Below, piece after piece: positions 12,308-26,487 of a stretch of DNA of 64,000 nt; position 1 is the stretch's first letter; each line of letters opens with the position of its first letter. The notes under the pieces are model-generated. The model saw only the letters and a list, made by a program, of their open reading frames with translations, did no database searches and had not been told where the DNA came from. Origin of the DNA: the human T2T-CHM13v2.0 reference genome, Homo sapiens. The stretch is from assembly GCF_009914755.1 (NCBI RefSeq), contig NC_060927.1. One strand, 5' to 3'. Position numbers and translations under genes: made by a program.

Positions 12308-14175
12308 TAAAAATGCAGTAGCTGACAGGGATCACATCTTACCTACACTGTCTCCTGTTTAACTTACCATAGTGCCACAAGTTGGGTGTAGTAATTTTTT
12401 TATATACAGTTTGTATTAATTTAGAGCATCTCATTTAAAAAAAAGTCTTAGTATTTAAAAAGTGATTTAAAATTACATTATGAAGTTGAAGTATCAACAA
12501 TAATAGTAACTTAAGAACCTACAAAGTCAAGCTTCTAAAGTATAAATGAAAGAACTTGAGGTTTTTAAAACTTTAGGAATCATTTGTAGGTAGTAACTAG
12601 GCTTCAAGCATACTTACAGTTTTCAAAGAATAATACCAGGTATTTCTTGACTTCATACAAGAAGAAAAAGTGGTTATAGTGCACTGTGCTACAATGAGTC
12701 TAATAAAAGTTAACTACTAAAAAAAGTTTCCATTAGGGTGGCCAGATAAAGCCTAAATAGAGAAAACAATATTGAACCATTAGGAAATAGGCAGCTTAAT
12801 CTTCCCCTAACTAATTAAAAAAATACATGCCTTTTTTTTTTTTAAAGCACACCATAGAAATGACGTAGAAAGGGAAAATATCCTGCAATAATATGGCCAG
12901 AAATAAGTTTGCTGATAGTCTTCCAATATTTTTCTATGCGCGTTATATATATGTATATACACGCTTTAAACAAATTTGAGATTTAAGTATTGTTTGGTAG
13001 CTGTTGGAAAAATTAAGCTGTTTTTGAGAAATTAATTTGATTTTTGCAAGAAACAAATATGCTAGAAAAATTTCAAAATGTTCACTTAATGTAACCTTGT
13101 CAGCAAAACTGAGCTTCAAATATAGTTTAACTCTCATTAACATGATATGTCTGACTGAAATGGAATACTTCTGTAATCCTGATCACTTAGCTCCAAATTA
13201 TTTTAAGACATGGATTTTCTAAATATATCAAAGTACTATAATCAACTTGTAAATATAAGTTAGCAAGGAACACGGAGTTAAAAAAAAAAAAAGGCATAAG
13301 CATAAGGGATATGTAGACATGTCAAGAAAATAACATTACTTGAATGTAAACAACCAAAAAGGTTTTAGTTAGAATAACCTATAAAAAATTAAGTTAAAAG
13401 TCCAAATTCTCTATTAAAAAACTAACCTAATGGAGATTTAAAAAATTCTGTCAATCTAAATTTTTCTAAAGTTCTTATGAACATAATAGAGTTGCCTAAA
13501 GCATAAATCAATTATATTTCAATAAATATTTGAGTATCTATGTGTTATGCATCTGGAATGCAAAGGTGTTTACATCTGGTAGGAAAGACAGGTATATACA
13601 ATGTGCTACTAACAGTGTATGTACATATAGTACAAAAATAATACTAGAATGAAGGTGACAATGGGAAACATTTTGAAGAACGACTAGCTTATCCTGTGGA
13701 AGGGCAAGAGATGCAGTCTAATAAAACATGAACAAAACAGCAGTGATGTAGTCCGAAAATCAGTCAGTTTGATATGGCTAAAACATCAAGTATGCTTGTG
13801 TATAAATGCGGAAGCTGAAAAAGAACCAATTTTATGACGGCCTCGTATATGGACGCATTTGGTTATCTTCTCTATAATTATTCTCTTGGTGATCTCATTC
13901 AATCTTGTAGTTGTGTGGCTTTAATGCTGCCAATTTCCAAATTTCTGTCTCTAGCCTATAGTTCACTCCTGAACTCTACATTCCTAGATCCAAGCAATCT
14001 CCAGCAGACACTTCAAAGTGAACATACTGCAAACAATTTCAAATCTTTGTTCCAAAATCTGCTTTGCTTGCAGTTTTTCCTGTCAATTGATGGCCTCTCC
14101 ATCCTTGGCTGCAGTATATGTTAACTCCAAGTCTTTGTTCACATGGTATCTCAAAAAGGCTTACTCTTGATACAC

Positions 14176-14489
14176 TTTTTTCCTTTTCTTTTTTTTTTTT
14201 TTTGAGACGGAGTCTCCCTCTGTTGCTCAGGCTGGAGTGTAGCGGTGCAATCTCAGCTTATTGCAACCTCCGCATCCTGGGTTCAAGCAATCCTCCTGCC
14301 TCAGCCTCCTAAACAGCTGTCATTACAAGCATGTGCCACCACTCCTAACTAATTTTTGTATTTTTAGTAGAGATGGGGTTTCACCATGTTGGCCAGGCTG
14401 GTCTTGAAATTATGGCCTCAAGTGATAGGCTCGCCCACCCTGGCCTCCCAAAGTGTTGGGATTATAGGCGTGAGCCACTGCACCCAGCC
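14176..14489 (-). mobile_element. AluS
   Basis: Reverse Alu dimer. Confidence 0.9.
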
Positions 14490-14733
14490 CTTGTAATATT
14501 CTTGATATGTTTTCTTATCAGGGTTATCTTGGCCTCAAAGAAAGTTTGGAAGTGTTTCTTCCTTTCTGCTGTTTCATTCAATCAATAAAAGAAAGCTTCA
14601 GGTATTTTCAAATTAGAAAGTGCACAAATATTTAGGACTACTGTTGATAATTTGACGCTTTTATCATTTTGAAATATCCTTTTTGCTGGCAATACTCCTT
14701 GTTTTAAAGTCTACTTTGTTCATTAATACGCAG

Positions 14734-15157
<424 letters not shown>

Positions 15158-15217
15158 TAGTTGGATCTTATTCTTTTAATCTGACAATTGGAGTATCTGG
15201 TCCATTAAGATTTAATG

Positions 15218-15504
15218 GGCCAGGCACAGTGGCTCACACCTGCAATCCCAGCACTTTGGAAGGCTGACTCGGGTGGATCACTTGAAGCCAGGAGTTCAAC
15301 ACTGGCCTGGCCAACATGGTGAAACCCTGTCTCTACTAAAAATACAAAAAATTAGCCAGGTGTGGTGGCGCGTGCCTTTAGTCCCAGCTACTTGAGAGGC
15401 TGAGGCAGGAGAATTGCTTGAACCCAAGGGCAGAGGTTGCAGTGAGCCGAGATCGCCACCACTGCACTCCAGCCTGAGTGACAGAGTGAGACTGTTCAAA
15501 AAAA
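15218..15504 (+). mobile_element. AluS
   Basis: Full dimer, TSD AAGATTTAATG. Confidence 0.9.
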
Positions 15505-15679
15505 GATTTAATGTAATTATTGAATTACTGATTTAGTTGATTCAAGTCCATCAGCTTGCAATTTTCTATTTGTACCAAGTATTAACTGTTCTTCATTTTC
15601 CTGCCTTTTATGGGCATCAGTTTTGATTGATTCCTTGGCTTTCGGAAAAAAAAAAGAAAAAAAAAAACTTTTTAAAGCT

Positions 15680-18440
15680 TACATAAAATTAAATTCATCT
15701 TTTTGGTGTATAGTTCTGAGTTTTTACAAATACATATAATCATGTAACCATTACCAAAATATACAATTTAATTACTCCCAAAACCTCCCACATGACCCTT
15801 TAAAGTTCAACTCCCAAGCAGCCACAAATCTCTTTTCTGTTCCCCAAAGTTTTGCCTTTTCAAGAATGTCACATAAATGGAATCACAAAATACATAGCTG
15901 CTTGTTTGGTTTCTTTCATTTAGCATAATGTCTGAGACTCACCCCGGTGTTGTGCATATCAATAGCTCATTCCTTGTTAATGCTGAATGGTATTCCATTA
16001 TGTGGATGTACTGTAAATTTATCCTCTTGTTGAAGAGCAGTTGTTTACAATTTTAGGTAACTGCAAGTAAAATTCCTATAAACATTTACATATAAGTTTT
16101 GGTATGAACATAAGTTCTTATTTCTCTTAGTAAATACCTAGGAGTGGGAATGCTAGGTCTTAAGTGTATAGGAGTTCTACTGTTCTGAATCTTCATCAGC
16201 ATTTGGCATTGTTAACTTTTAAAATTTATGCTAACAGGTATGTAGTGACAATTTATTGTGGTTTTTAATTTGCATCCCCCTAAATAATAAATGAAGTGAG
16301 CATCTTTTCATGTATTTCTTTGCCATTCATGTTATCATCTTTGATAAATTAATTAGTTCAGATTTCTTGTCAATTTTTTAAAAACTGGTTTTTCTTGAGT
16401 TTTGGGTGTATTATGGATACTTGTCATTTGTAAGTTATGTATGTTGCAAAGAATTTTTACCAGTCTATGGCTTTTTTCATTTTCTTATTGTTTTTGGGAA
16501 AGTTTTACATTTTGACAAATTTATTTCATGGATTTATTTCTGAGTTGTATTCAAGAAATATGCCTAACTCAAGATCACAAAGATTTTTATGTTTTCTCTA
16601 GACATTTTACATTTAGGTGTATGAACTCCCTCTTTCTTAAATCCCCCTCATTTCTTTCTCCTTAAGCAGCCTTCTTGAGGTATAATTTATATACCATAAA
16701 AGCCATGTTTTAAGTGCACACTTCAGTGATTTTTTTACTATAAAGTTGTGCAACTATCATTGCAATTCAGTTTTGGAACATTCTCATTACAGTCTCAAAA
16801 TTCCTTAGGTGCATCCGCAATCAATCCCCTTTCCTACCCCTAGACAGCCACTAAATCTACTTTCTCTTTCTACAAATGTGCCTTTACTAGACATTTAATA
16901 TAAATGGAAGCACACAAGAAAAGTGATCTTTTGCACTAGGCTTCTTTCATGTGGCATGATTTTGACGTTCACCTCTGTTTTAACACGTCAGCAGTCTGAT
17001 CTTTTTATTGCTGAATAGTATTCTATTTTGGTATAGTTTATACCACATTTTGTTTATTCATTCACCAGCTGATGGATATTTGGGCTGTATGTGCATCTTG
17101 ACTATTATAATGCTGCTATGAATATTGCATAAAAGTCTGCGTGTGGACATACGCCTTAGTTTTTTTTCTGGTAGATAACTGGAAGTGGGATTGCTAGGTT
17201 GTATGACAAATATTTTTAGCTTTTAAAAAAACTGTCTGTGGTAGGTACAATAATGCCCCTCACCCCCAACCAAAGGATGTACATGTCATAATCCCAGGAA
17301 TCTTGAATATCTTACTTTACATGGAAGAACAGACTTTGCAGATGTGATTAAGATCTTGAGATGTGAAGATCAACCATGATTATCCAGACGGGCCTAATAT
17401 AATCACATAAGTCCTTAATAAACAGAGGAGATATGACAACAGAATACTATTCAGACAAAAAAGATTTTAAGATGCTCTATGGCTGGCTTTGAAGATGAAG
17501 GAAGAGCCAGGAGCTAAGGAATGCAGGTTGCCTATAGAAGCTGGAAGAGCCAAGGAAAGATTCTTCTCAAGGGCCTCTAGGAGAAACACAATCCTACTGT
17601 ATTAGTATCCTAGGGCTATCTTTAAAAATTACCACAAACTCAGTGGCTTGAAGCAACAAACTTATTCTCTTATAGTACAGGAGGCTAGAAGTCCAAAATC
17701 AAGCTGTCAGCAGGGCCATGTTCTCAAAACTCTAGGAATCTTTCCTTGCCCCTTCCAGCTTCGGTGGCCCCACGCTTGGGGCAGCCTACCTCCATCTTCA
17801 CATTGTCTTTGTGGTGTGTCTGTTTCCTTTACTCTTCTTATAAGGACGCTAGTCATTACATTCAGGACCTGCTCTAATTCATATGAACTCAATTATATCT
17901 GCAAAGACCCTATTTCTAACTTAGCTCACATGCTGAGGTTCCAGATAGATAATAATTTTTGAAGGACACTATTTAAAATCACTCTGTCTGCCAACACCTT
18001 GATTTTAGCCCAGTGAAACCCATTTCAGACATTTAACCTCTAAACTGTGGCTGTGACGTTTATATTTCCATCAGTAATGTATCAGGGTTCCAGTTTCTCT
18101 ATACCTTTTATTGCCTTTCTGTTAATAGCCATTCTACTGGTGTGATGTGATATCTCATTGGACGTATTTCTCTACTGACTAATGATGTTGAGTATGTTTT
18201 TGTATGGCTATTAGCCATTTTTTTTTTTTTTTGTAAAATCACTCTTTAAATCTCTTGCCCATGGTTTAGCCCTGAGAATAAACCTAGAATTTTTTACACT
18301 AATTTTGTACTCCTGCTTTTACATTGGATTGCTTGTCTTAGTGAGTTGTAAGAGTTCTTTATATATTCTGGATACAAGTCCTTTATCAGACAGATGATTT
18401 TGCAACTAATCTCAATTGTAGCTTGTCTTTTCATTTTCTT
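15680..18440 (-). mobile_element. Old L1 (L1M-type) 3' fragments interrupted by nested MLT1 LTRs
   Basis: Reverse L1 3' motifs (TAGTATTCTATT..TATACCACATTTTGTTTATTCATTCACC, GGATTGCTAGGT, CTAATGATGTTGAG). Confidence 0.7.
17237..18048 (+). mobile_element. MLT1 LTR containing a second, inverted MLT1 LTR (~17598-17985)
   Basis: TGTGGTAGG..GACTTTGCAGATGTGATTAAG; outer LTR resumes at CTGCCAACACCTTGATTTTAGCCCAGTGA; inner starts TGTATTAGT..AATTACCACAAACTCAGTGGCTTGAA. Confidence 0.75.
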
Positions 18441-18769
18441 ACCACGGTATCATACTAATGTAAGGTGTTAGTAATATGAGAAAACTGGGAATTCTTTATA
18501 GCATCTTTGCAATTTTTCTAAAAATCTAAAACTACTCAATTTTTTTTTTTAATTAGTGGAGGAACTATTAGCGTAAGAGATAAGGCATTTCAGCCAACTG
18601 CAATTTGTGAACCTTTCTGGATTCTAATGTGAAAAAAAATCTATTTTTAAAAGACATTTACAAGACAGAAAATAAGTACAAACTGGATATCAGATCATAA
18701 GATAATATAAGGTATTGTAATTGTTTAAAAAATCCTTCTCTGTTAAAGATTCATATTAAAGATATTAAA

Positions 18770-19229
<460 letters not shown>

Positions 19230-19293
19230 TTACTGTAGTTGATTGATGGGGCTCATTCTACTGTTTCATTTCATAAATGTTTAAAGATTTCCA

Positions 19294-19695
19294 CACATAC
19301 ACCATGGAATACTACATAACCATAAAAAAGAACAAAATCACATTCTTTGCAGCAATATGGATGCAGCTGGAGGCCATTATCCTAAGTAAATTAAAGTAAC
19401 AGAACACTCAATACTGCATGTTCTCACTTATATGTGGGAGCTGAACACTGGGTACATATGAACATAAAGATGGGAACAACAGATACTGGGGACTACTAGA
19501 AGAGGGAGAAGGGAGGGAGGGGCAAGAGGTGAAAAACTACCTGCTGGGTATCATGCTCACTACCCAGGTGACAAGATCAATTGTACACTAAACCTCAGCA
19601 TCATGCAACACACCCACGTAACAAACCGGTACATGTACCCCCTGGATCTAAGATAAAAGCTGAAAAAGAATCCCTAACAAAAAATTAAATAAAAT
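19294..19695 (+). mobile_element. Primate L1 3' end (L1PA/PB-like)
   Basis: CACCATGGAATACTAC..GGATGCAGCTGGAGGCCATTATCCTAAG..CATGTTCTCACTTATA..GTAACAAACC..CATGTACCCC. Confidence 0.85.
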
Positions 19696-20882
19696 ACAAA
19701 CATTACTCATTATATAAGGTACAACAAACTGCAGTACTTTCCAGGCATGTTATTTTTGATACTAAAACTCAAAGTAGAAAGTAAATGATTCCTCGTTTAT
19801 TTCTTACTATATGAACAAGTAAAAGGAGGCAAGACCTTCAAACATTTAAAACACGATTTCTCAATCCCCAGCTGCACAAGGCTTCAGTTTATATAGAACA
19901 GAAATTGAATGAGAGCTGAATGAGTGAGCCTTCCATTTAAGTACCAGATCACTCTTCCAAATTTCAGCAGTGTCCAGACAGTCTGTTATCATCTTTGCTT
20001 TTGGAATAAACACCTATAAATACATGTTCTGATAGTTTTTTTTTCCATCAAAACTAGTGTCAAACGCTTTTAAGGTATGAATGGGCAATTTTAAAAATGA
20101 TTTATATAATGCAGTCTAAATGTTACCCAATGAGACTGAAGCAATGCTAATGTTAAATAAAAACTAGGTAGTAAAGGGAAATGCACTTGGACTTTTTAAA
20201 TGAAAGAATTCTCTTTTATAACACATTGCTTTGACAGCTATTTCCTGAAACATAACTAATTCATAGCATATAACCTTTGATTATGGGACTATATGAGACT
20301 ACCAAGGATGTCTGTAGTAAGAAGGTCAAAGAAAAGAATGTAAGAAACACTTGAATTTTAGACGTAAAAGAACAGGAACCTACAAAGATGTCCAAGAAAC
20401 AATGTTCAAGAGAAGGGAGGAAAAAACCTGGAGAGTGAGTAGTGTTACAAAATCAAAGAATGGATCCCAAACCTGGTTATATACCAGAATCATCTTGCCA
20501 GTTAAAAATTCAGATTCTCAAATTCCACCTTGGCAGCTTTACTTTTGTAATTAAGCTTGTTATGTAAATCATCATCCAAATTTAACACCCATCTAAATTA
20601 AATTTCCCACGGCATGTGCGTAAATTCCTAAATCTGAGAAATCTGCTGAGGGAAACAAGGGCTAAGGATGGGCATAGAGAACGGGTCATTGGAAAAACTA
20701 TCCTATATGATCACAACGGATCATGAATTGTTTGCTTACTTCTGTTAAGAATGTAATATGATGTAACAATGTAGACTATCTTAATTTATCAGTAGTTTAA
20801 GACCTTTACTCTGTATATAAGACACAAATTGCCAGCCTAAGAGTTAAATCAGCCATGTGGTCACAACTATTTGACCCACAGG

Positions 20883-21186
<304 letters not shown>

Positions 21187-21899
21187 GATTCACAGTTTTT
21201 CCTTTTTGTTTCTGGTTTTTACATTAAGTTCGATGCTAATATTTAAATGAAACGATTTTACATAAAGTCTCAAATTGCAGCTTCTCTTGCTTTACTGATC
21301 TACTTTATGTGGTTCCTGTTGGCAGTAGAGTTTACAGCCCTACCTGTAGAAAATTGAAGACAGTTGTTATTAAATACACTAAATTACTCTCTCAGCTCAA
21401 GTAAACTGGTGTGATGTGCTTTTTCTTGTTTTTCAGATTCATAACAATCAAACCCCAAGGCATTTTCATACCAGAATTTTTAGACTAAGGAAAAGTGGGA
21501 CAGACTGTGATGTAAATAAGAAACCGCTACTGCCAAAGTGCCTACAGATACTTTATATTAAGTCCTTAAATGTGAAAAATGCAGTTACTTATCTGCCTCT
21601 TTATAGACTCCCATCGGCTATTAATTTGTGCCACAAGATTATAATTTCACGTACATAACTTCTGGGTTAGACTATGCTAGTAAGAAAACTTTACCCTTGG
21701 CCTATAAATCAAGCAGTGTGATGAGTTAATGCACATTAAATTTTGGCACAGCGATGTCAGATATTATGGACGCAAATGTTTTTAGCTATTCAACCCATTG
21801 CCAATTATGCTCATAATTGTAAAAACATTTAGTAGCAATATTCTGAAAGGCCACAAGATGGGGATATGACTCCACAAAAGTGGGTCTCGGTAAAAAGTG

Positions 21900-22024
21900 G
21901 TTTTTTTAAGAAGGATGGTTTCACTATATTGCCCAGGGGCCTTGAACTGCTGGGCTTAAGTGATCTTCCAGCCTCAGCCTCCTGAGCTATTGGGACAACA
22001 GGCACCACATCACCACACCAGGCT
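21900..22024 (-). mobile_element. Alu monomer (FLAM-like)
   Basis: Reverse monomer. Confidence 0.7.
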
Positions 22025-22868
22025 CAAAGTGTGACTTTTTAAGTTATATAACAAAAAGTGAAAATGAAGTATAGAGAAAGCTTAAAGCCTGTTTATACTT
22101 TTAGTGAGTATTAAGAGTACCTTGGCACATAATTTTAACTGCCTGTTCATTTGTTGTGCAGAGTATTTGATCTGGACTGGATCTACTCCCCCTTCATTTT
22201 ACAGATGATGAAACTAAACCCCCAAGAGACAAATGTACCTATAGTTATACAGACAGTTATGGATAAAGCCAGAATCAAGCCTATGTCTCTTAATTTCCAT
22301 TGTAGCACAAGATCAGTCACAACAATTTCTGTCAAAGGAATGACCTTTACCCCTCAAGGTCACTTTTTAAAAAAAGGGAGAGAGATCTATTGGTAAACAT
22401 TTTTCTGACGTATACTGATAAAGGTGCATTTGCATAAAACTCAAAGCATCTTTTAGTTAGGATCAAATGGTCCTTTGATTTAAAAATGTCAAGGGGTTAG
22501 AAGGGAGGTAATTTTTTCTTTGCTAGCAGTAATGTTTCTAAACTCTTACCCTGTAGTAAATTACATGAAAGAGTGATTCCTCTGGAAAATAAATTCCTTC
22601 AACCTGAAAGTAAGCCCATTCAGAATTTATCACACAGTTTCAACACTAACTGCTCATGAGGTCTTAACCTGTCACCCACTGAGATTTCTACCTCATATGA
22701 ACTATATTACCGTTTCTGTCCTTACAAGGCACCTCTGCCCTGCTACAAACATTTATTCTTGTATCTTACCTCTTCTATAAAACTATAAGACTTAGGGCAG
22801 GATCTCAGATTATTTCAGGGAATTACTAAATTACTTTTAGTAAGTTCCATCTTACCTAGATTTTACAG

Positions 22869-23086
22869 CAGGGTTTCTCAATCTCAACATTAGCATTTGG
22901 GGCTACATTATTCTTTGTTGTAAAGGGCCTTTCTGGTACACTGCAGAATACTCAGCAGCATCCCTAGATTTTACCCACTGGGTGCCAGAACTCTCCTACA
23001 TCCTGTTAGGACAACCAAAAGTGTCTTCAGACATTACCAATAATTGGGAAGAGGGGGTGGGGGGTTGCCCTAGTTGGCAGTTACTG
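22869..23086. mobile_element. MER20-like hAT DNA transposon
   Basis: CAGGGTTTCTCAA..AGCAGCATCCCT..TACCCACT..CAGACATT. Confidence 0.7.
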
Positions 23087-23091
23087 ATCTA

Positions 23092-23385
<294 letters not shown>

Positions 23386-25138
23386 CTAAAAAGAATCAAA
23401 TTATTCTGTGGAAAATTGTTTCCACTGTCATCCACATATTCAGTTAAGAAAGCTCCTTGCCAGCTTATGGCTTTTCTTTCACTGCCATCTAAATGTTAAT
23501 GTTTTTATTTCCAAATCTCTGAATCCAAGCCAATATTTCTGACTGGTTACTGGTGATCTCTACAAGAATCTCAAATTCAACACATCCAAAAGAGACAGCA
23601 TCACTTTCCATAAGAAATTAGAACTACCTCTACAATCTATGAAGAGCCCACCGTTCATCCAATAGAGAAATTTAGTTTTCTATGTATTCTTTATGTCCTA
23701 TTTTAATCTCTGTTAATTCTGCTTCCCCAGATACCTACAAAATAGAACTGGCACACAAGCTAGAATCTTTGGCCATTCCTATTCAGATTCAAGCCATTCC
23801 CTTAAAAGACAACCAAGGCCCAGAGGTTGAAACACCTTTATTAGTGACCCTACTGCTAGCTATCATTTGTGGTACATAAAACTAAAACTTGGTTGCTTTT
23901 AGTTCAATGCTTTTTGCATTATAGTAAGTTTCCTTTAAAATAAGTAACAAATTATATACACTAGAAGCAGGGGAACCCAAACATACCTTTAAATATACCC
24001 TAATTTTCTGGAAAAAGAAGTGTTTGAAGTGCTCCTAAGTACAAAATATTTTCCTTGCTTATCCTTGTTTACCAAGTTTCACCTCTAAAAATTTTTATTT
24101 CAAATGACCTGGGCCCTAATGTCTCACCCCTACTCTCTAAAGAATATCATCTTTGTTTTACAATTTGAAGTTAAGGCAATCATCATCCCAATTAATAACT
24201 GGGTAAGTTATAAACAACTTACGTCACAAAATGACCAGTAAAAATGGTATATGTCCAAACTTCACTAAATAATCATCAAATCTTTAAAAAAGGAAATGCC
24301 GTTTATCACCTAATCAGCAAAGTAAAAGTAGAGTTAAAGCAAAATGTGAATATTTACTCAAAGACAACTTGTAAGGAAGCTATTAGTTATTTCTATCATT
24401 TTAATGTATTTAAATGTATTGAACGCATCGCAAAGAAAATTTATACCATTCATGGCTGAAATGTCAGCCACAATATGTTTTCCTGAGGTTTTTCCACGTG
24501 CCCTTCCCTTTCGTTAGCCCTTGGAAAGAGAAGGACATTCTCATACATTGCTGACAGAATAAATTGCTACTATCTTTTTGGAGGTCAACTGGCAAGAAAC
24601 ACCAGAGCTTTAAAAATGTCAGTACCTTTTGATCCAGAAAATTCATTCTTAGGAAATTATCCAAAAGAAGTAATTAAGGATGTGTGTCAGGTAGTTTTAT
24701 GAACAAGCATTCACTACAGCACTATAGGGGACTGAGGTAAGAAGCCTCTGGAGTTGGAGAACAAGTTTCTGACAGAGGCAGAATATAGCTTGCACTAGCT
24801 CAAGAAAGATGAATACTTCCAATTATCTCTTCCCTACCCTTTCACAGCAGACCAAGTGACTGAATGGCAACACTTTAACCAAAAAACCAGATTCGCCTCA
24901 AAATCCTTCAACACAGAGGTATAAACAGCCATAAACTTTCTGTTGGCCCACAAGTTGAAACATTTAGAAATATCTACCATCTGGGATGGGAAGTAGATTC
25001 TAAGGGAAAAGATCCTGTTTTATACAACTTTGGCTTTTTTATGGGTTTAGCACAGGACCGTCCAACAGATATACAAGTGACATACAAAATTTTAAAATGT
25101 TTAATATCTTGGGAAGACTTCCTTGATATAACAAAAAA

Positions 25139-25412
25139 AAGTTTAGTATTCACATTTACAAGGGGAAGAAATCATTTCAACATGTAATCAAAATAAAACT
25201 TATTTTACCTTAAAAACTTTTTCATTCAAGTTTAGTATCCACATTTACAAGAGGGAGAAATCATTTAAACATGTAGTCAAAATAAAACTTATTTTCCCTT
25301 AGAAGTTTTTTTTCATTCAAGTTTAGCATCCACATTTACAAGGGGAAGAAATCATTTCAACATGTAGTCAAAATAAAACTTATTTTACCTTAAAAATTTT
25401 TTTTATTCCAAG
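25139..25412. repeat. Tandem repeat, 3 x ~90 bp AT-rich unit
   Basis: Units start 25139, 25228, 25319 (AAGTTTAGTATCCACATTTACAAGGGGAAGAAATCATTTCAACATGTAGTCAAAATAAAACTTATTTTACCTTAAAAA...). Confidence 0.9.
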
Positions 25413-25567
25413 TCTTTAAAATCCAGTTTACTACACTTACAGCATGGCCCAATTCAACTACTCATTTTCCTTAGAAATATTTGATCTGTATTTACATTTC
25501 ACAAAATCTGCAGTAGATCCACATATCTAAGTTGTTTCAAACATAAAAACGGACCAATAACTGTGAG

Positions 25568-25875
25568 TTTTTTCTTTTTGAGACAGGGTCTCCCTCTGTC
25601 ACCCAGGCTAGAGTGCAGTGACATTATCATGCCTCGATGCAGTGCAGCTTCAACCTCCTAAGCTCAAGTGATTTTCCCAACTTGACTTCCCAAGTAGCTG
25701 GGACTACAGGCACACACCACCATACCCCAGCTAATTATGATTACTATTTTTTTGTAGAGATGAGGTCTCACTATGTTATAGCCCAGGCTGGTCTTGAACT
25801 CCTGGGCTCAAGTGATCCTCCTGCTTTGGCTTCCCAAAGTGTCGGGATTACGAGTGTGAGCCACAGTACCCAGCT
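25568..25875 (-). mobile_element. AluJ
   Basis: Reverse Alu dimer. Confidence 0.87.
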
Positions 25876-25936
25876 GAGAATCCGAGCTTTCACACTTTAA
25901 AATTTAAAATTTAGTTCTGTCATACAAGGCACATTT

Positions 25937-26487
25937 TTTCTTTTTTTTTTTTTAAAGGTCACTTTTAATTGAGACCCAATGACAAAAGGTGGACAATAAT
26001 CAATTTGGTAAAACAAATTAACAGTACCCTTTAAAGCTTCTGTTTCTATGTTTACTAATGGCTTCCCCACATAGGCAATATCATCTAGACTATGCTAGAG
26101 TTTTCAATGACTCCATCATAAGGACTAGCGATGGTAACAGAAGCTTTATCACTTTGAACTTTACCGATGTTATCAAACTGAGACACTGTATCTCCTTCTT
26201 TTACATAACATTAACAGTTACTTTTCTAATCCCTTCTTCAGTGTCTGAGAATCTGAACTGAACAAGCTGTCCACATACAGCATTAATTGTTTTCAGAAAG
26301 TTATGTGGATGACTATACTTGAATGAAGGATAATCAAAGAAACACACATAATTTGGCTTCAAAACATGAACATTACTACATGTTGGAAAACAGTGAAACA
26401 AATCAGCTGCCCAGCATTCCTGCTCCAGGTCCTCAGTACACAGACTGCAGACATCTTACCCGGGAAATGGCAACTGTGCCACAGACC
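25937..26487 (-). pseudogene. Processed pseudogene of DBT (branched-chain ketoacid dehydrogenase E2): presequence + lipoyl domain
   Basis: From ATG 26454: [19 protein letters not shown] / [49 protein letters not shown] / [34 protein letters not shown] / [20 protein letters not shown]; intronless, with frameshifts and an in-frame TAG; poly(A) 25953-25937; TSD ACAAGG(C/T)ACATTT at 25924-25936 and 26488-26500. Confidence 0.92.

Noticed and set aside
25139-25412. Possible CRISPR-like array (also considered 59271-59465 and 3361-3451)
   Set aside because: Contiguous tandem copies or only two repeats, no series of unique spacers, no cas genes, eukaryotic context.
26201-26401. 66-aa ORF with DBT-like sequence as a functional gene
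   Set aside because: It is a fragment between frameshifts of the processed pseudogene and has no ATG start.
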